This document shows positions 27,924-37,704 of a DNA stretch of 45,900 nt, piece after piece. This stretch comes from an uncultured Candidatus Saccharibacteria bacterium. GTDB taxonomy: Bacteria; Patescibacteriota; Minisyncoccia; Phycocordibacterales; UBA9973. Below the pieces are notes generated by a model. That model did not search any database and was not told the DNA's origin. It saw nothing but the letters and a program-made list of their open reading frames with translations. Location of the stretch: the NCBI GenBank assembly GCA_964366625.1, contig CAYIUH010000001.1, positions 1 through 45,900 of the forward strand, read 5' to 3'. The translations under genes and the position numbers were made by a program. Numbering within the stretch: the first letter of the stretch is position 1; every line of letters starts with the position of its first letter.

Positions 27924-28814
27924 TTAAAGTGCCGGCTCAGTAATACCATTACGGATATTCTCCGCAATTACAGGGATCTTATCGCGGACAAGTACCTGTG
28001 GGTTCCAACCGGTTAACTGATTGGCTTTGCTGATATCAAAAGCAAATCCTACATCTCCACCCGACATATCCGTTAGATCGGCATTTGGATTTGCTCCCAA
28101 AATAAAATCCTTTAAACAAATCATATTTTGATCTCCTCCACCCGCATGTATTTTATGACCAAATACTTTCTTTTCACAAAGTAATTCCATCAGTCTGCCT
28201 AGGTCATCGGTATGCAATGGATCTCTAAACTGCAAACCTCCCTGAGTTAGAGTAACCGGTTTATTATTAACAGCAGCCCTCACTAGTGAAACAACCCAAT
28301 TTCCGGCTGGATGATCATAATCTGTATAACAGGTAGTTAAACGGATGACATTACTATAAGGATGTGATTCAGAGATGAATTCAGAAATAATTTTAGACTT
28401 CCCATAAAAATTAAATGGAACTAATGGAAATTCTTCGCTCACTAGAAACTTTGGGCGGTAACCATCTTCTGTTTTAATGATATCATCTTCAGTATACACT
28501 GACCCTAATACCTCGCGGGTCGACATTTGGATCCACATGATTTCAGTTCCCTTTAAAATATTAGCCAGATGCCTCGCACCTCCCACATTAATGTGATCAG
28601 TCGGGGGCCCCACCTGGAAAGTAGCTGATTGCCTATCGGCCGCTACTGACAAATTGATCAGCATTTCAATGCCTTCTTTAACTAGGAAATCTGTGGTGAG
28701 AGAAAATAGGTCATCCTCGATATCCCATCCTACAACTTCATTATTATTATTTTTGAAGTATTCATGAAGGCCCCTGCCTAAATACCCTTTATGGCCGATT
28801 AGTAAAATTTTCAT
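27924..28814 (-). CDS. NAD-dependent epimerase/dehydratase/reductase (extended SDR)
   Basis: 296 aa. MKILLIGHKGYLGRGL Rossmann fold and FYGKSK (YxxxK). Confidence 0.7.
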   Translation of the reverse strand: MKILLIGHKGYLGRGLHEYFKNNNNEVVGWDIEDDLFSLTTDFLVKEGIEMLINLSVAADRQSATFQVGPPTDHINVGGARHLANILKGTEIMWIQMSTREVLGSVYTEDDIIKTEDGYRPKFLVSEEFPLVPFNFYGKSKIISEFISESHPYSNVIRLTTCYTDYDHPAGNWVVSLVRAAVNNKPVTLTQGGLQFRDPLHTDDLGRLMELLCEKKVFGHKIHAGGGDQNMICLKDFILGANPNADLTDMSGGDVGFAFDISKANQLTGWNPQVLVRDKIPVIAENIRNGITEPAL

Positions 28815-28877
28815 TTTTATATTTGCTTGTTTCTAATATGAGTAATCTTTTATATACTTTTTAAAGAGCACCTGAGT

Positions 28878-29630
28878 TTACATTCCGCCACCATCAATAC
28901 CTATAATTGATCCGGCAAAAAATGAAGCCAGGTTCGAGCAAAGGAAGGCAACCATTGGCCCTATATCTTCACCGGTTCCCAAACGGTTGATCGGCAAATG
29001 ATTCTTAAAATATTCCTGGATTGCCTCCGGATTTTCTCTTTGTAACTTCGCAAAGTGCCTTCCTTCTGAGAAAATAGCCCCTGGGGCGACTGCAGAAATA
29101 ATCACATTGTCTTTTGAAACTTCCCTATTTACTGCTTTAACATAGCCGTCTAATGCACACTTAGCAGATACATAAGCAGCATAGCCATTATACGTTTGAG
29201 TAGAAAGTGTGGAAAGCTGCACTATTCGCCCCCATTTACGTTGCGCCATTCCAGGCATAAATGCAAGATTGAGCGCATGAGAGATACCCACGTTAAAATA
29301 CCAGACCTTCTGCCAATCTTCAACAGAGCCCATTGCAGGAACTCCAAAAGAGCCTCCAAGGTTATGAACCAGAATATCTGGTTCACCGTGTTTGGAGGTA
29401 ACATATTCAACTAATTCGGAAATCGCATTCTCTTTCATTAAATCAATCGCAAAGCAGTCATGCTTACTTTCTCCATTTAATTCTTTTTTTACATTTTCAA
29501 GCTTTTCCAGAGTACGACCCACGAGAATCACTTTTACCCCTTCGTCTGCCAAAGAAATAGCGATCGCCTTTCCAATTCCCTGGCCTGCGCCTGTTACTAT
29601 TGCTAGTTTATTTTCAATGTTTAAATTCAT
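28878..29630 (-). CDS. Classical SDR oxidoreductase (FabG-like)
   Basis: 250 aa. Motifs: AIVTGAGQGIGKAIA, YVSAKCAL, and the C-terminal IGIDGG. Confidence 0.8.
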   Translation of the reverse strand: MNLNIENKLAIVTGAGQGIGKAIAISLADEGVKVILVGRTLEKLENVKKELNGESKHDCFAIDLMKENAISELVEYVTSKHGEPDILVHNLGGSFGVPAMGSVEDWQKVWYFNVGISHALNLAFMPGMAQRKWGRIVQLSTLSTQTYNGYAAYVSAKCALDGYVKAVNREVSKDNVIISAVAPGAIFSEGRHFAKLQRENPEAIQEYFKNHLPINRLGTGEDIGPMVAFLCSNLASFFAGSIIGIDGGGM

Positions 29631-29667
29631 AATTTATTATTTATAGAAAAACGTATTTAAATGGATG

Positions 29668-30186
29668 TCATGAATATTTTTCAAAAAAAGAACGGATACC
29701 TACCTTATCCCCTAATTCAGGGGCCCAATCAGCAAACAGACAATCATTTTCAGCAAAGGGCCCATTGGTAATTTCAAGGAGTGTAACAAACTCACTTTTA
29801 ATTAAGGGAGTGTGCCAGGCGTCGGTTATTGATTTTAAGTAAAATTGTTTTCCGCTTTCAAAATTGCCCATTTCGATCCTGTCGGTAACATGCCCGTTAT
29901 CATTGAAATAAAGTATTTCCATTTCACCTTCGATGATTAAGTACGATTCTGCTTTTGCTAAATGCTTATGCGGTCTTACGTAGGTATCCCTATGAAAGGT
30001 GATCATCATCTCATGAACGAGGTCATTTTTATCCTGATGAAAACATATCCGTGCCCTTTTAGTATCTAGCTCAGAGGCAATCTCTCTCTCTGTAGTTATA
30101 TCATTAGCTGTTATACTGGCAATACCATTATGAAAGGCTGTATATACTACACCTGATCTATTATTTTCTGGCCGGACGGGACTCAC
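29668..30186 (-). CDS. Cupin-fold protein, WbuC-family-like
   Basis: 172 aa: RARICFHQDKNDLVHEMMITFHRDTYVRPHKHLAKAESYLIIEGEMEILYFNDNGHV. This resembles the WbuC cupin pattern, recalled from memory. Confidence 0.5.
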   Translation of the reverse strand: MSPVRPENNRSGVVYTAFHNGIASITANDITTEREIASELDTKRARICFHQDKNDLVHEMMITFHRDTYVRPHKHLAKAESYLIIEGEMEILYFNDNGHVTDRIEMGNFESGKQFYLKSITDAWHTPLIKSEFVTLLEITNGPFAENDCLFADWAPELGDKVGIRSFFEKYS

Positions 30187-30223
30187 TAATTAGGTTCTAT
30201 GAGAAAATTTTCGCAAATATTAA

Positions 30224-31468
30224 TTAGACTACACTTAATTCAGGAAGAGGTATAATGAACTTTCCACCATGATCCGCAAAGGCTTTATTATTTGCCATGA
30301 TGGCATCCGCATAATTCCATGCAAGGATAACTACATAATCAATATCCTGATTTACCAGTTCAGCTGATGGCAATACTTGCAAATGGCTCTTGGGGCTGAA
30401 CAGGTATTGTTTTATTTTATTATCATCAACCAAAAAAAGCAACCTTGCTGAAAGTTCAAAATGCCACATCAGTGTAGTAACTGTGGTAGAAGCACCGTAA
30501 CCAGCTATCTTTTTCCCATCTTTTAAAAGCTGATCCAGAAGTTTGTTCAGCGCTTCCTTCCTTTTCAGTATATCATTATTGTACTTTATAAAGATATCTC
30601 TCTTATCGAGGCCTCTTTCCTGCTCCGTTTGAATATAGGACTGTACAATCGGTTCAACGTTATGCGCCTTTGATTCAATCCTTTTCACAAAACAGCGGAT
30701 AGAACCTCCTTTTGACCTATTCTGAATAATATTGAATATTTCAAGCCCTTTGTTTGCAAATGCTTTTTGAAGAGGATTTATAGAATGGTAAGATACGTGT
30801 TCATGATAAACGGTATCAAAAAGAAATTTATCTACAATATCAGCGAGGTAGGATACCTCAAAAACAAAGATCCCATTTTCATTTAATATCCTTTCGATGC
30901 CGCTTATAATATCTATCAAGTTATCGCTGTGTGCAAACACATTATTTGCCACCACAAGATCAGCCGACCCATACTCATTCAAAATTTGTTTGGCTAGCTC
31001 ATCTGTAAAATAAGTAGGGAGTGTTTCTACTCCGCTTTCATTTGCAGCTTTGGCAGCATCAATGGCAGGGTCGACACCTAACACCCGAATCTCTTTTTCT
31101 TTTAAGTTCAACAAAAATGTGCCGTCATTACTGCCGATCTCTACAGCAAAATCATTCTCTTTAAGTCCAAAAGTATTGATTATTTCAGCAGAATATGTTT
31201 TAAAGTGCTCAACGAGCCCCTTAAAATTAGAGGTAAAGAAAGTATAGTCCCTGAAAAGGAGATCCGGGTTAACTACATAAATGTTCTGAACATGACCGCA
31301 ATCTTCACATAAATAAAGATCGAGCGGATATGCTTCCTGCGGCTCATCTAATTTTTCCTTACTCACATAATGATCTGCAATAGGGGAAGGATTAATATTG
31401 ACAACCAATTTCAGATTAGTGGAATTACATAATCTGCATGTACTCCTTTTTGTTACTGCGTCATTCAT
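30224..31468 (-). CDS. NDP-sugar C-methyltransferase (TylCIII-like: Zn-ribbon, class I MT and C-methyltransferase C-domain)
   Basis: 414 aa. Zn ribbon CRLCNS...CEDCGHVQ. SAM motif AVEIGSNDGTFL, GVDP, VANNVFAHSDN and YHEHVSY. Confidence 0.75.
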   Translation of the reverse strand: MNDAVTKRSTCRLCNSTNLKLVVNINPSPIADHYVSKEKLDEPQEAYPLDLYLCEDCGHVQNIYVVNPDLLFRDYTFFTSNFKGLVEHFKTYSAEIINTFGLKENDFAVEIGSNDGTFLLNLKEKEIRVLGVDPAIDAAKAANESGVETLPTYFTDELAKQILNEYGSADLVVANNVFAHSDNLIDIISGIERILNENGIFVFEVSYLADIVDKFLFDTVYHEHVSYHSINPLQKAFANKGLEIFNIIQNRSKGGSIRCFVKRIESKAHNVEPIVQSYIQTEQERGLDKRDIFIKYNNDILKRKEALNKLLDQLLKDGKKIAGYGASTTVTTLMWHFELSARLLFLVDDNKIKQYLFSPKSHLQVLPSAELVNQDIDYVVILAWNYADAIMANNKAFADHGGKFIIPLPELSVV

Positions 31469-31471
31469 TAC

Positions 31472-32197
31472 TTATATTTTTTTAATTGATCTTGCAATAG
31501 ATTCGGGCCAAACAAGTGATAATCCACCGTCAATGTATAAATTTTGTCCGTTGACATACCTTGCCTGATAGCTGCACAAGAAAGTAACGACATCACTAAT
31601 TTCATCTGCCGTTCCTAATCTTTTTAATGGAACGATGTCTTTGTAGAGGTTCATCAGTTCAGTTTGACTATTATAAAAATCTTTAGATTCTTCTTTTATA
31701 AAAGTAAATGGAGTTACAGCATTTGCTCTTATCCCATTTTTGGCTAGGTTAACCGCATAATAGCGCATTAAGGTATTCATTCCAGCTTTGCCCATATGAT
31801 AACTTAAGGCCTGGCCTTCACCTACGTATTCGCCAAAAACTGAACTGACAAAAAGGATTGCATTGTCATCAGCAGAAAATTTATCCTGAAAAAATTCAAT
31901 GATTAGTTTGGAAGCTGTGATGCTCACATCTATCTCGCCGACCCATGAGTCACCAGAACCACGGTAACGTTGGGAAAATACCAGGTAGTTTATTTTACCC
32001 GCCTGAGATATTTCTTCCAATACGCCATTAACTGCATCTTTATCTTCAATATCCGCTGCAAAGTAGTTTACGTTTTCGATTTTGTTTGCCGGAATACTTC
32101 TTGAAATAACAAAAACTCTGTCGCCCCTTTCTACTAGTTTTTGGGCAACCGACCTGCCTAATCCTTTACTTCCTCCGATAATAACTGAATGTATCAT
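31472..32197 (-). CDS. Classical SDR oxidoreductase
   Basis: 241 aa. Motifs: VIIGGSKGLGRSVA, YHMGKAGM, IDGG. Confidence 0.75.
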   Translation of the reverse strand: MIHSVIIGGSKGLGRSVAQKLVERGDRVFVISRSIPANKIENVNYFAADIEDKDAVNGVLEEISQAGKINYLVFSQRYRGSGDSWVGEIDVSITASKLIIEFFQDKFSADDNAILFVSSVFGEYVGEGQALSYHMGKAGMNTLMRYYAVNLAKNGIRANAVTPFTFIKEESKDFYNSQTELMNLYKDIVPLKRLGTADEISDVVTFLCSYQARYVNGQNLYIDGGLSLVWPESIARSIKKI

Positions 32198-32208
32198 ATG
32201 ATATATAT

Positions 32209-33378
32209 TTAAATGCTTATTAATTTATTATCAAAAGCTGAATAGAACTTTCCACCATCTTTTATCATATCCTTTTTTAGCCCCATGACTTTTACCTGGC
32301 TCTCAGGGTTCAGGACTAAAATACAAATATCAGTTTCCGATAGGAATGATGAACCTTTTATTTGAATTGAAGAACCCGGCATAAATAGATCCTCCTTATC
32401 TTTTGAATCATCGATAACATAAGAAATGTATTCTTGTAGTCCGAAAAGATTGATGTATTTAACCGCAAGGTGACCTGCTCCAAAAACGGCAATCTTTTTG
32501 CCTGCTTCTGTATTAGCTTTAAAAAAATCCAGGTGCACTCGCTTTGTTGCGTCAAAGTTATTACTAAACGTATCAACGGCGGCTATTTCATCTGTGATAT
32601 CTACCTCATTATCTACGGTAACTATATTATCATGAATAGCTATTACAGCAACAAGAGAATCTTCTAAGGGAGCCTCATAACGGTATATATGAATTACTTT
32701 ATGACCTTGATTTTCAAAAAAGTACCTTAATGTATGTTCAGTAAAATAAACGATATGCTCTTCCCACATAAACGAATAATTATTTTTAGCCAGGAATTTT
32801 GAACTGTCAGGAATTTCAAATATAAGATATCCGTCAGTTTTTACCTGTTTGGTAATTCTGGTCAGAAACTTTCTCATATCATGTGCATGCTCCAATACGT
32901 GGCGCACAATTAAAAGGTCCGCATCCAACGATTGCTCGTTGCCTTCTGTAATAATTTGTTGAATTGTTTCGAGCCCATCAAACTGATCTTCCCCACTTCT
33001 TTTTTCAAAATTTGGAGCATGACCTATATTTTTAAATCCTTTTTTCTCAATCCGGTCAAGTGTCGATTCATCTTTATAGGTCAGTCCCGCTATTTTACTT
33101 TTAGTATCAATACCAGGAAGTCTAACCAGTTTTTCTACCAGATCATCAAGATGAAACTCGGGCTCGTTATATCTTATCCAGCTGAACCTCGACCTGACCA
33201 TTTCTATAGGCATTGGGTCAATCAACTGCAATAATCCACAGCTGTTGCAGATACCTAACTCTAATGAATGAGATTCTTGATCGGCATCATAAGTCACCTG
33301 GTACCGGTTACTTGGGGGCTGTTTGCCAAAATCTATTTTTGAAACAACTGCTTTTGAATTACAGGATTTACACTCCAT
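32209..33378 (-). CDS. C-methyltransferase-like paralogue with degenerate SAM motif I
   Basis: 389 aa. Zn ribbon CKSCNS...CNSCGLLQ. It is collinear with 30224-31468 (VRHVLEHAHDM, WEEHIVYF). The position of the GxGxG loop reads KIAGLTYKDES. Confidence 0.55.
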   Translation of the reverse strand: MECKSCNSKAVVSKIDFGKQPPSNRYQVTYDADQESHSLELGICNSCGLLQLIDPMPIEMVRSRFSWIRYNEPEFHLDDLVEKLVRLPGIDTKSKIAGLTYKDESTLDRIEKKGFKNIGHAPNFEKRSGEDQFDGLETIQQIITEGNEQSLDADLLIVRHVLEHAHDMRKFLTRITKQVKTDGYLIFEIPDSSKFLAKNNYSFMWEEHIVYFTEHTLRYFFENQGHKVIHIYRYEAPLEDSLVAVIAIHDNIVTVDNEVDITDEIAAVDTFSNNFDATKRVHLDFFKANTEAGKKIAVFGAGHLAVKYINLFGLQEYISYVIDDSKDKEDLFMPGSSIQIKGSSFLSETDICILVLNPESQVKVMGLKKDMIKDGGKFYSAFDNKLISI

Positions 33379-33396
33379 TTTATTGATTAAACATTA

Positions 33397-34449
33397 TTAA
33401 AGTTGAATAAGGCATCGACCCTGAATGGTTCCATTTCTCATACCTGCAATGGCTGAATTTATATCGTCGAGACTGAAAGTATCTGTGATCAATTCTTTTA
33501 ATTTCATCTTCTCCTGATTATAGAGATTGAAAAGTCTTGGAATATCTTCATTAGGCTGGCAATCTCCGCCATGTGAACCGGTCAAAACCTTCCCGAAATG
33601 AAGTGGAAGGGAATAAATAGAAATATTGTTACCAACTCGGGGAACCCCAACAAGAATCACCCTACCCTGCGGCTTTGTAATCTTATAGCCCAGTTCAATT
33701 ATTCCAGGAGAGCCTGTATTATCAATAAATACATCCGCTTTACTGTTTTTTAGAATCTCTGTGATTGCAGTACCAGCATCTTCATCTAAGCTATTTATTG
33801 TGTGTGTGGCTCCCAATTGCTTTGACAGTTCGAGCCTGTTATTATAGATATCAACAGCAATAACTGGGTTAGCGGAAACCATGTTAGCAGCCTGGATAAC
33901 ATTTAATCCAATTCCTCCAGCACCAAATACAACAACTGATTCTCCGATGCGAACCCCTGCATTATTTTCTATTATACCGAACCCGGTTGTCACTGCGCAA
34001 CCGAACAGGGCGGCTACAGGCAGATCACTATTATCATCAATAACAGTTAAACGGTTCTCTGAAACAATCGAATAATCACTAAAAGTAGTGATCCATCCTG
34101 CATTTACTCGCCTCCCCTGCCATGAATAAACAGGTGGCTCACCCTCAATGCCCGCACCTTTACGCCAATGCAAGACCACCTTTTGTCCAGGTTTTACATG
34201 CTTTACTCCAGGGCCAATACTAATTACCGTACCTGAGCCTTCATGGCCTAATAAATGAGGTAAGTATTTATCCTCACCTTTTGCACCATCAATCTCCCCT
34301 AGCTGTGATCCGCAAATACCACTAAAATGTATCTTAACCAACACCTGGCCAACTGCTAATTCCTTAGGGGTGTCTATATAATCTATTACCAACGGCTTTT
34401 TTTGCTCTACTAAAATTGCCGCCCTTATTTTTTCCGGGATAGTATTCAT
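33397..34449 (-). CDS. Zn-dependent medium-chain dehydrogenase/reductase (ADH-like)
   Basis: 350 aa. Motifs: GICGSQ, GHEGSGTV, VVVFGAGGIGLNVIQ. I see no structural-Zn Cys cluster. Confidence 0.8.
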   Translation of the reverse strand: MNTIPEKIRAAILVEQKKPLVIDYIDTPKELAVGQVLVKIHFSGICGSQLGEIDGAKGEDKYLPHLLGHEGSGTVISIGPGVKHVKPGQKVVLHWRKGAGIEGEPPVYSWQGRRVNAGWITTFSDYSIVSENRLTVIDDNSDLPVAALFGCAVTTGFGIIENNAGVRIGESVVVFGAGGIGLNVIQAANMVSANPVIAVDIYNNRLELSKQLGATHTINSLDEDAGTAITEILKNSKADVFIDNTGSPGIIELGYKITKPQGRVILVGVPRVGNNISIYSLPLHFGKVLTGSHGGDCQPNEDIPRLFNLYNQEKMKLKELITDTFSLDDINSAIAGMRNGTIQGRCLIQL

Positions 34450-34459
34450 ATTTAACAGG

Positions 34460-35131
34460 TTATTCGAAATAGATAAAAGAATAATCGCCAGTATAGCCTG
34501 TGAGCTTAAACCACCACTCCCATTCTTTTGGATTATTAAATGCTTCGCAGGTAACCTGCCAATACAATAAATTGGCTTTTTCTATTTCATTCCTGTATGA
34601 TTCTACGCATAAATAACTTCTTCCTTTACTTACTCTTTGTATTTCTTTAAGAGCGTCATAAAGATCAAAAGACTCCAGGTTATGCAAAGTATTCAGGGAG
34701 TATACAAAATCAAAAGAATTGTCTTCATAAGGCAATTTATTCGCATTGCCAAGAGTGATGAACTCGCGAATCTCCTCTTTCGAATTTTGATAAGCGTACT
34801 CAGAAACGTCTAAGCCATACACTTCGATCCCAGGCACCACCTTTGTAAAATCGAACATCAAAAATCCCTTTCCACATCCAATATCGAGTATTTTATCGCC
34901 GGCCTTTAAACCATAATGATCAGCCATTGCTTTGGCTACTTTTTCCCAGCGGCCCTCCATATAGCGATAACCACCATAGTTGACCCTGCGGTCGCCGTCC
35001 CAATAATCGAAGGCCCACTGTTTACCCAGTTCTGCCGCACGTGCTTTTGGATACTCCGGATCATTTACCCGGCCGAGATAATCGCGCTGTGTACTTTTAT
35101 GCACAACGGACATGAAATCAATGTACGACAT
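34460..35131 (-). CDS. Class I SAM-dependent methyltransferase (Methyltransf_11-like, glycan-locus type)
   Basis: Motifs: ILDIGCGKGFLMFDF, GLDVS, FDFVYSLNTLHN. I set the start at ATG 35131 (MSYIDF...). This gives a 14-nt overlap (ATGTCGTACATTGA) with the upstream gene, rather than the 22-codon extension in the ORF track. Confidence 0.75.
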   Translation of the reverse strand: MSYIDFMSVVHKSTQRDYLGRVNDPEYPKARAAELGKQWAFDYWDGDRRVNYGGYRYMEGRWEKVAKAMADHYGLKAGDKILDIGCGKGFLMFDFTKVVPGIEVYGLDVSEYAYQNSKEEIREFITLGNANKLPYEDNSFDFVYSLNTLHNLESFDLYDALKEIQRVSKGRSYLCVESYRNEIEKANLLYWQVTCEAFNNPKEWEWWFKLTGYTGDYSFIYFE

Positions 35132-36164
35132 TGGTTTTATTTTGAAAGGTTTGTAAAATATCAGCCGCTTTTTGAAGCTGGTTTTTTTTAAAGGCAACTA
35201 CCTCGAGCCCAGGATTCGAGAATTTTCTTCTTTCAAGGTGCACCGGCAGAAAAATATTCATCGCTATACAGGCCCATTTAATATGAAATAGGGGGAGCAA
35301 AATCCTCGCTCTTTTTTTTAAATAGTTCTTTTCTGGAAGTTCAGAAAATGCAAGGCTAAGAAAATATTCAAACATTTCTGCAGGAACAGGCACTTGTATC
35401 TGGGCAAAGAAGTCGCCCGACATTTTCGCAGGATCATCCCATCCTGCATATTCGAAGTCCAAAAATGTAAGTTTTCCAGTTTCTGTGGTTAACGCATTAT
35501 GAAATCCAAAATCCGAAGGTGATAAGACCTTGCAGGCAACAGGTAATTCTTCATTTAGTCCTATTTGCTGGATACCACAGGCAGTGTGAATGTTGGACAC
35601 CAATTCTACCCAAATTGACTTCATTCTATTAACCAGAACCAGGGCCCCAATATCTTCCTGCGATGACGGTATAATAGCACTTAACTGACCAATACGATCA
35701 TCAATTAATTTAATATGTTCAGCTATTGAAAAACAAGCTTCCGAAGCATTTGGCAAATAAACCGAATCAGAATGTGATGCTTTGCTGTTTAATTTCTTGA
35801 AGAAATCAGCAGCTTGTTTAACTTCGTTTTCTGATATTGATTCTTTATTCAAAGGCTTTCCCTGAATATATTCATATAAAATAAGTTTACTAACAGGATC
35901 GGCTGCAAGTATACGTGGAGTAAAGCCCGGGGCGGCTTTTTCAGCATACCTGATAAAAGCTAATTCAGTATTAAACCGGTCTCGAAGGTCACCTTCGTTC
36001 TGGAAAAAATATTTTACAAAAAAAGTATCTTCGCCAGCATGTAAAAGATAAGTGCGGTTATTGCCAATGCGATTATAGGGCGTCAAAGTGAACGGAGTAT
36101 CCTGATCCTTAACCTTCATTAAAAGTGTCCTCACTTTTTCCGATATATTGTCCAGTTCCGCCAT
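35118..36164 (-). CDS. APH/choline-kinase-fold phosphotransferase (small-molecule or sugar kinase)
   Basis: 348 aa. LSPSDFGFHNAL (catalytic loop D..N) and LTFLDFEYAGWDDP (the DFEYA motif of choline/ethanolamine/sugar-1-kinase relatives). Confidence 0.7.
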   Translation of the reverse strand: MAELDNISEKVRTLLMKVKDQDTPFTLTPYNRIGNNRTYLLHAGEDTFFVKYFFQNEGDLRDRFNTELAFIRYAEKAAPGFTPRILAADPVSKLILYEYIQGKPLNKESISENEVKQAADFFKKLNSKASHSDSVYLPNASEACFSIAEHIKLIDDRIGQLSAIIPSSQEDIGALVLVNRMKSIWVELVSNIHTACGIQQIGLNEELPVACKVLSPSDFGFHNALTTETGKLTFLDFEYAGWDDPAKMSGDFFAQIQVPVPAEMFEYFLSLAFSELPEKNYLKKRARILLPLFHIKWACIAMNIFLPVHLERRKFSNPGLEVVAFKKNQLQKAADILQTFQNKTNVVH

Positions 36165-36770
36165 TTATAACAAATCTTTCGAAATCTGGCCCCAGGAACT
36201 CTTGATCTTTAATTCAGGAAGATCAATTGAAGAATGATGCTTTTCGGGATCAAATAATATCCTGTCAGTATTCATTGGGAATGATCCGTTTAACAGAATC
36301 TCAGGAAGATCATCAATGAAAGTGTTGCACCCGCAGTCAGTTATCCGATTAATCTTATCTTCCTTAGTGACTTCAAAGAAATAATCTGAATCTGAAAACA
36401 AAGGCTTTCCATCTACCCATAAATGACTTTTGATCCACTCTTTCGCAGATAAATGAAGGTCGTACTTTTCACCAAGAAAAGGATATTTTGTTTTATGGCT
36501 AATAATCAGAAGGTGGTGCCCAAGTTGTTTAGCAAGGCTCATAAATTCAATTGCACCGGGATAGGGATGTGCTTCCTGCATTCTTTTGCCATATACATAA
36601 CCCTGCATCTCAGTCCATTGGTCCTCTTTATCTATACCCCTGAGATAATTGCGAACCGCAACCTTATTAACTGCAGTTGTGGGCGGGACCATTTCCTGTT
36701 CAATTGCAACTTTATAAAAAAGTGCATCGTAACTTACAATTGTATTATCAAAATCAAGCCCTATCAGCAT
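36165..36770 (-). CDS. HAD-superfamily hydrolase (putative sugar-phosphate phosphatase)
   Basis: 201 aa with N-terminal motif I LIGLDFDNTIV. It abuts the kinase gene with no gap. Confidence 0.65.
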   Translation of the reverse strand: MLIGLDFDNTIVSYDALFYKVAIEQEMVPPTTAVNKVAVRNYLRGIDKEDQWTEMQGYVYGKRMQEAHPYPGAIEFMSLAKQLGHHLLIISHKTKYPFLGEKYDLHLSAKEWIKSHLWVDGKPLFSDSDYFFEVTKEDKINRITDCGCNTFIDDLPEILLNGSFPMNTDRILFDPEKHHSSIDLPELKIKSSWGQISKDLL

Positions 36771-36776
36771 ACTATT

Positions 36777-37700
36777 TTAAAGAGATTTAAACCGTTCGGT
36801 TATTTTTGATGCGATATTGTTGGCTACTAGTCCATATTTATCTCTTGCATATTCTTGCGATCCTATTTCGTGCATGAACTCATCAGGTGTACCAAAACTT
36901 AAATGGGGAACAGAAATATTTTGCAAGGAACGCCACTCCGCTACTGCTCCGCCGAGCCCTCCAATCAGGCCATGTTCCTCTACCGTAACCAATAATTTGA
37001 ATCGCCCAGCCGCTTGCTGCAAATAGGTTGTATCCATCGGTTTAATAGTATGCATACTTACCACTTCTGCTGATATTCCACTTTCAAAAAGCAGGTCAGC
37101 TGCTGCAAGTGCCTCAGGCATGATAGTTCCTGCAGAAATAATAGCCAAATCCTTTCCTTCGCGTACGGTAATTGCCTTACCGATCTGGAATGAGGTCAGG
37201 TCATTATGAATTTTGGGTTCGCCCTTTTTTCCTATGCGGATATAAACAGGTGTATCACCTTCAAGCGCCTGCTTTAAAGCCAATTTTAACTCCTCAGCAT
37301 CGCAAGGAGCTATTACACGCATACCAGGAAGTGTCCGTAGTATAGCCAAATCCTCCAAGGAATGATGGGTGGGGCCCAAGTCTGCATAAGATAATCCCGA
37401 TCCTGTACCTACAATAATTACCGGGGCATTATGGTAGCAAACATCTATTCTTATCTGCTCAAAACAGCGGGTTGTTGTAAAGGGAGCAATCGTATATACT
37501 ATCGCCCGCAATCCTGAAAGAGAGAGCCCGGCTGCCATACTCATCATATTAGCCTCAGCAATACCACAATTATAAAATCTACCTGGATCTACTTCTTTAA
37601 ATTTATCAAACAGCTTATTTCCAATATCCCCTGATAAAAGGACTATTCTATTATCCGTTTTAGCAAGATCGGTAATTACCTCTGCAAATGCATTTCTCAT
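36777..37700 (-). CDS. Transketolase, C-terminal (pyrimidine-binding) subunit of a split enzyme
   Basis: 307 aa. Motifs: LSGDIGNKLF, FYNCGIAEANMMSMAAGL, GPTHHSLEDLAILRTLPGM. Confidence 0.85.
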   Translation of the reverse strand: MRNAFAEVITDLAKTDNRIVLLSGDIGNKLFDKFKEVDPGRFYNCGIAEANMMSMAAGLSLSGLRAIVYTIAPFTTTRCFEQIRIDVCYHNAPVIIVGTGSGLSYADLGPTHHSLEDLAILRTLPGMRVIAPCDAEELKLALKQALEGDTPVYIRIGKKGEPKIHNDLTSFQIGKAITVREGKDLAIISAGTIMPEALAAADLLFESGISAEVVSMHTIKPMDTTYLQQAAGRFKLLVTVEEHGLIGGLGGAVAEWRSLQNISVPHLSFGTPDEFMHEIGSQEYARDKYGLVANNIASKITERFKSL

Positions 37701-37704
37701 GTTA

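Noticed and set aside
25688-36164. A phosphocholine decoration system (LicA-like kinase plus LicC-like cytidylyltransferase).
   Set aside because: No LicD-type transferase or LicB-type transporter motif is recognisable anywhere in the window. The two genes are also 9 kb apart.
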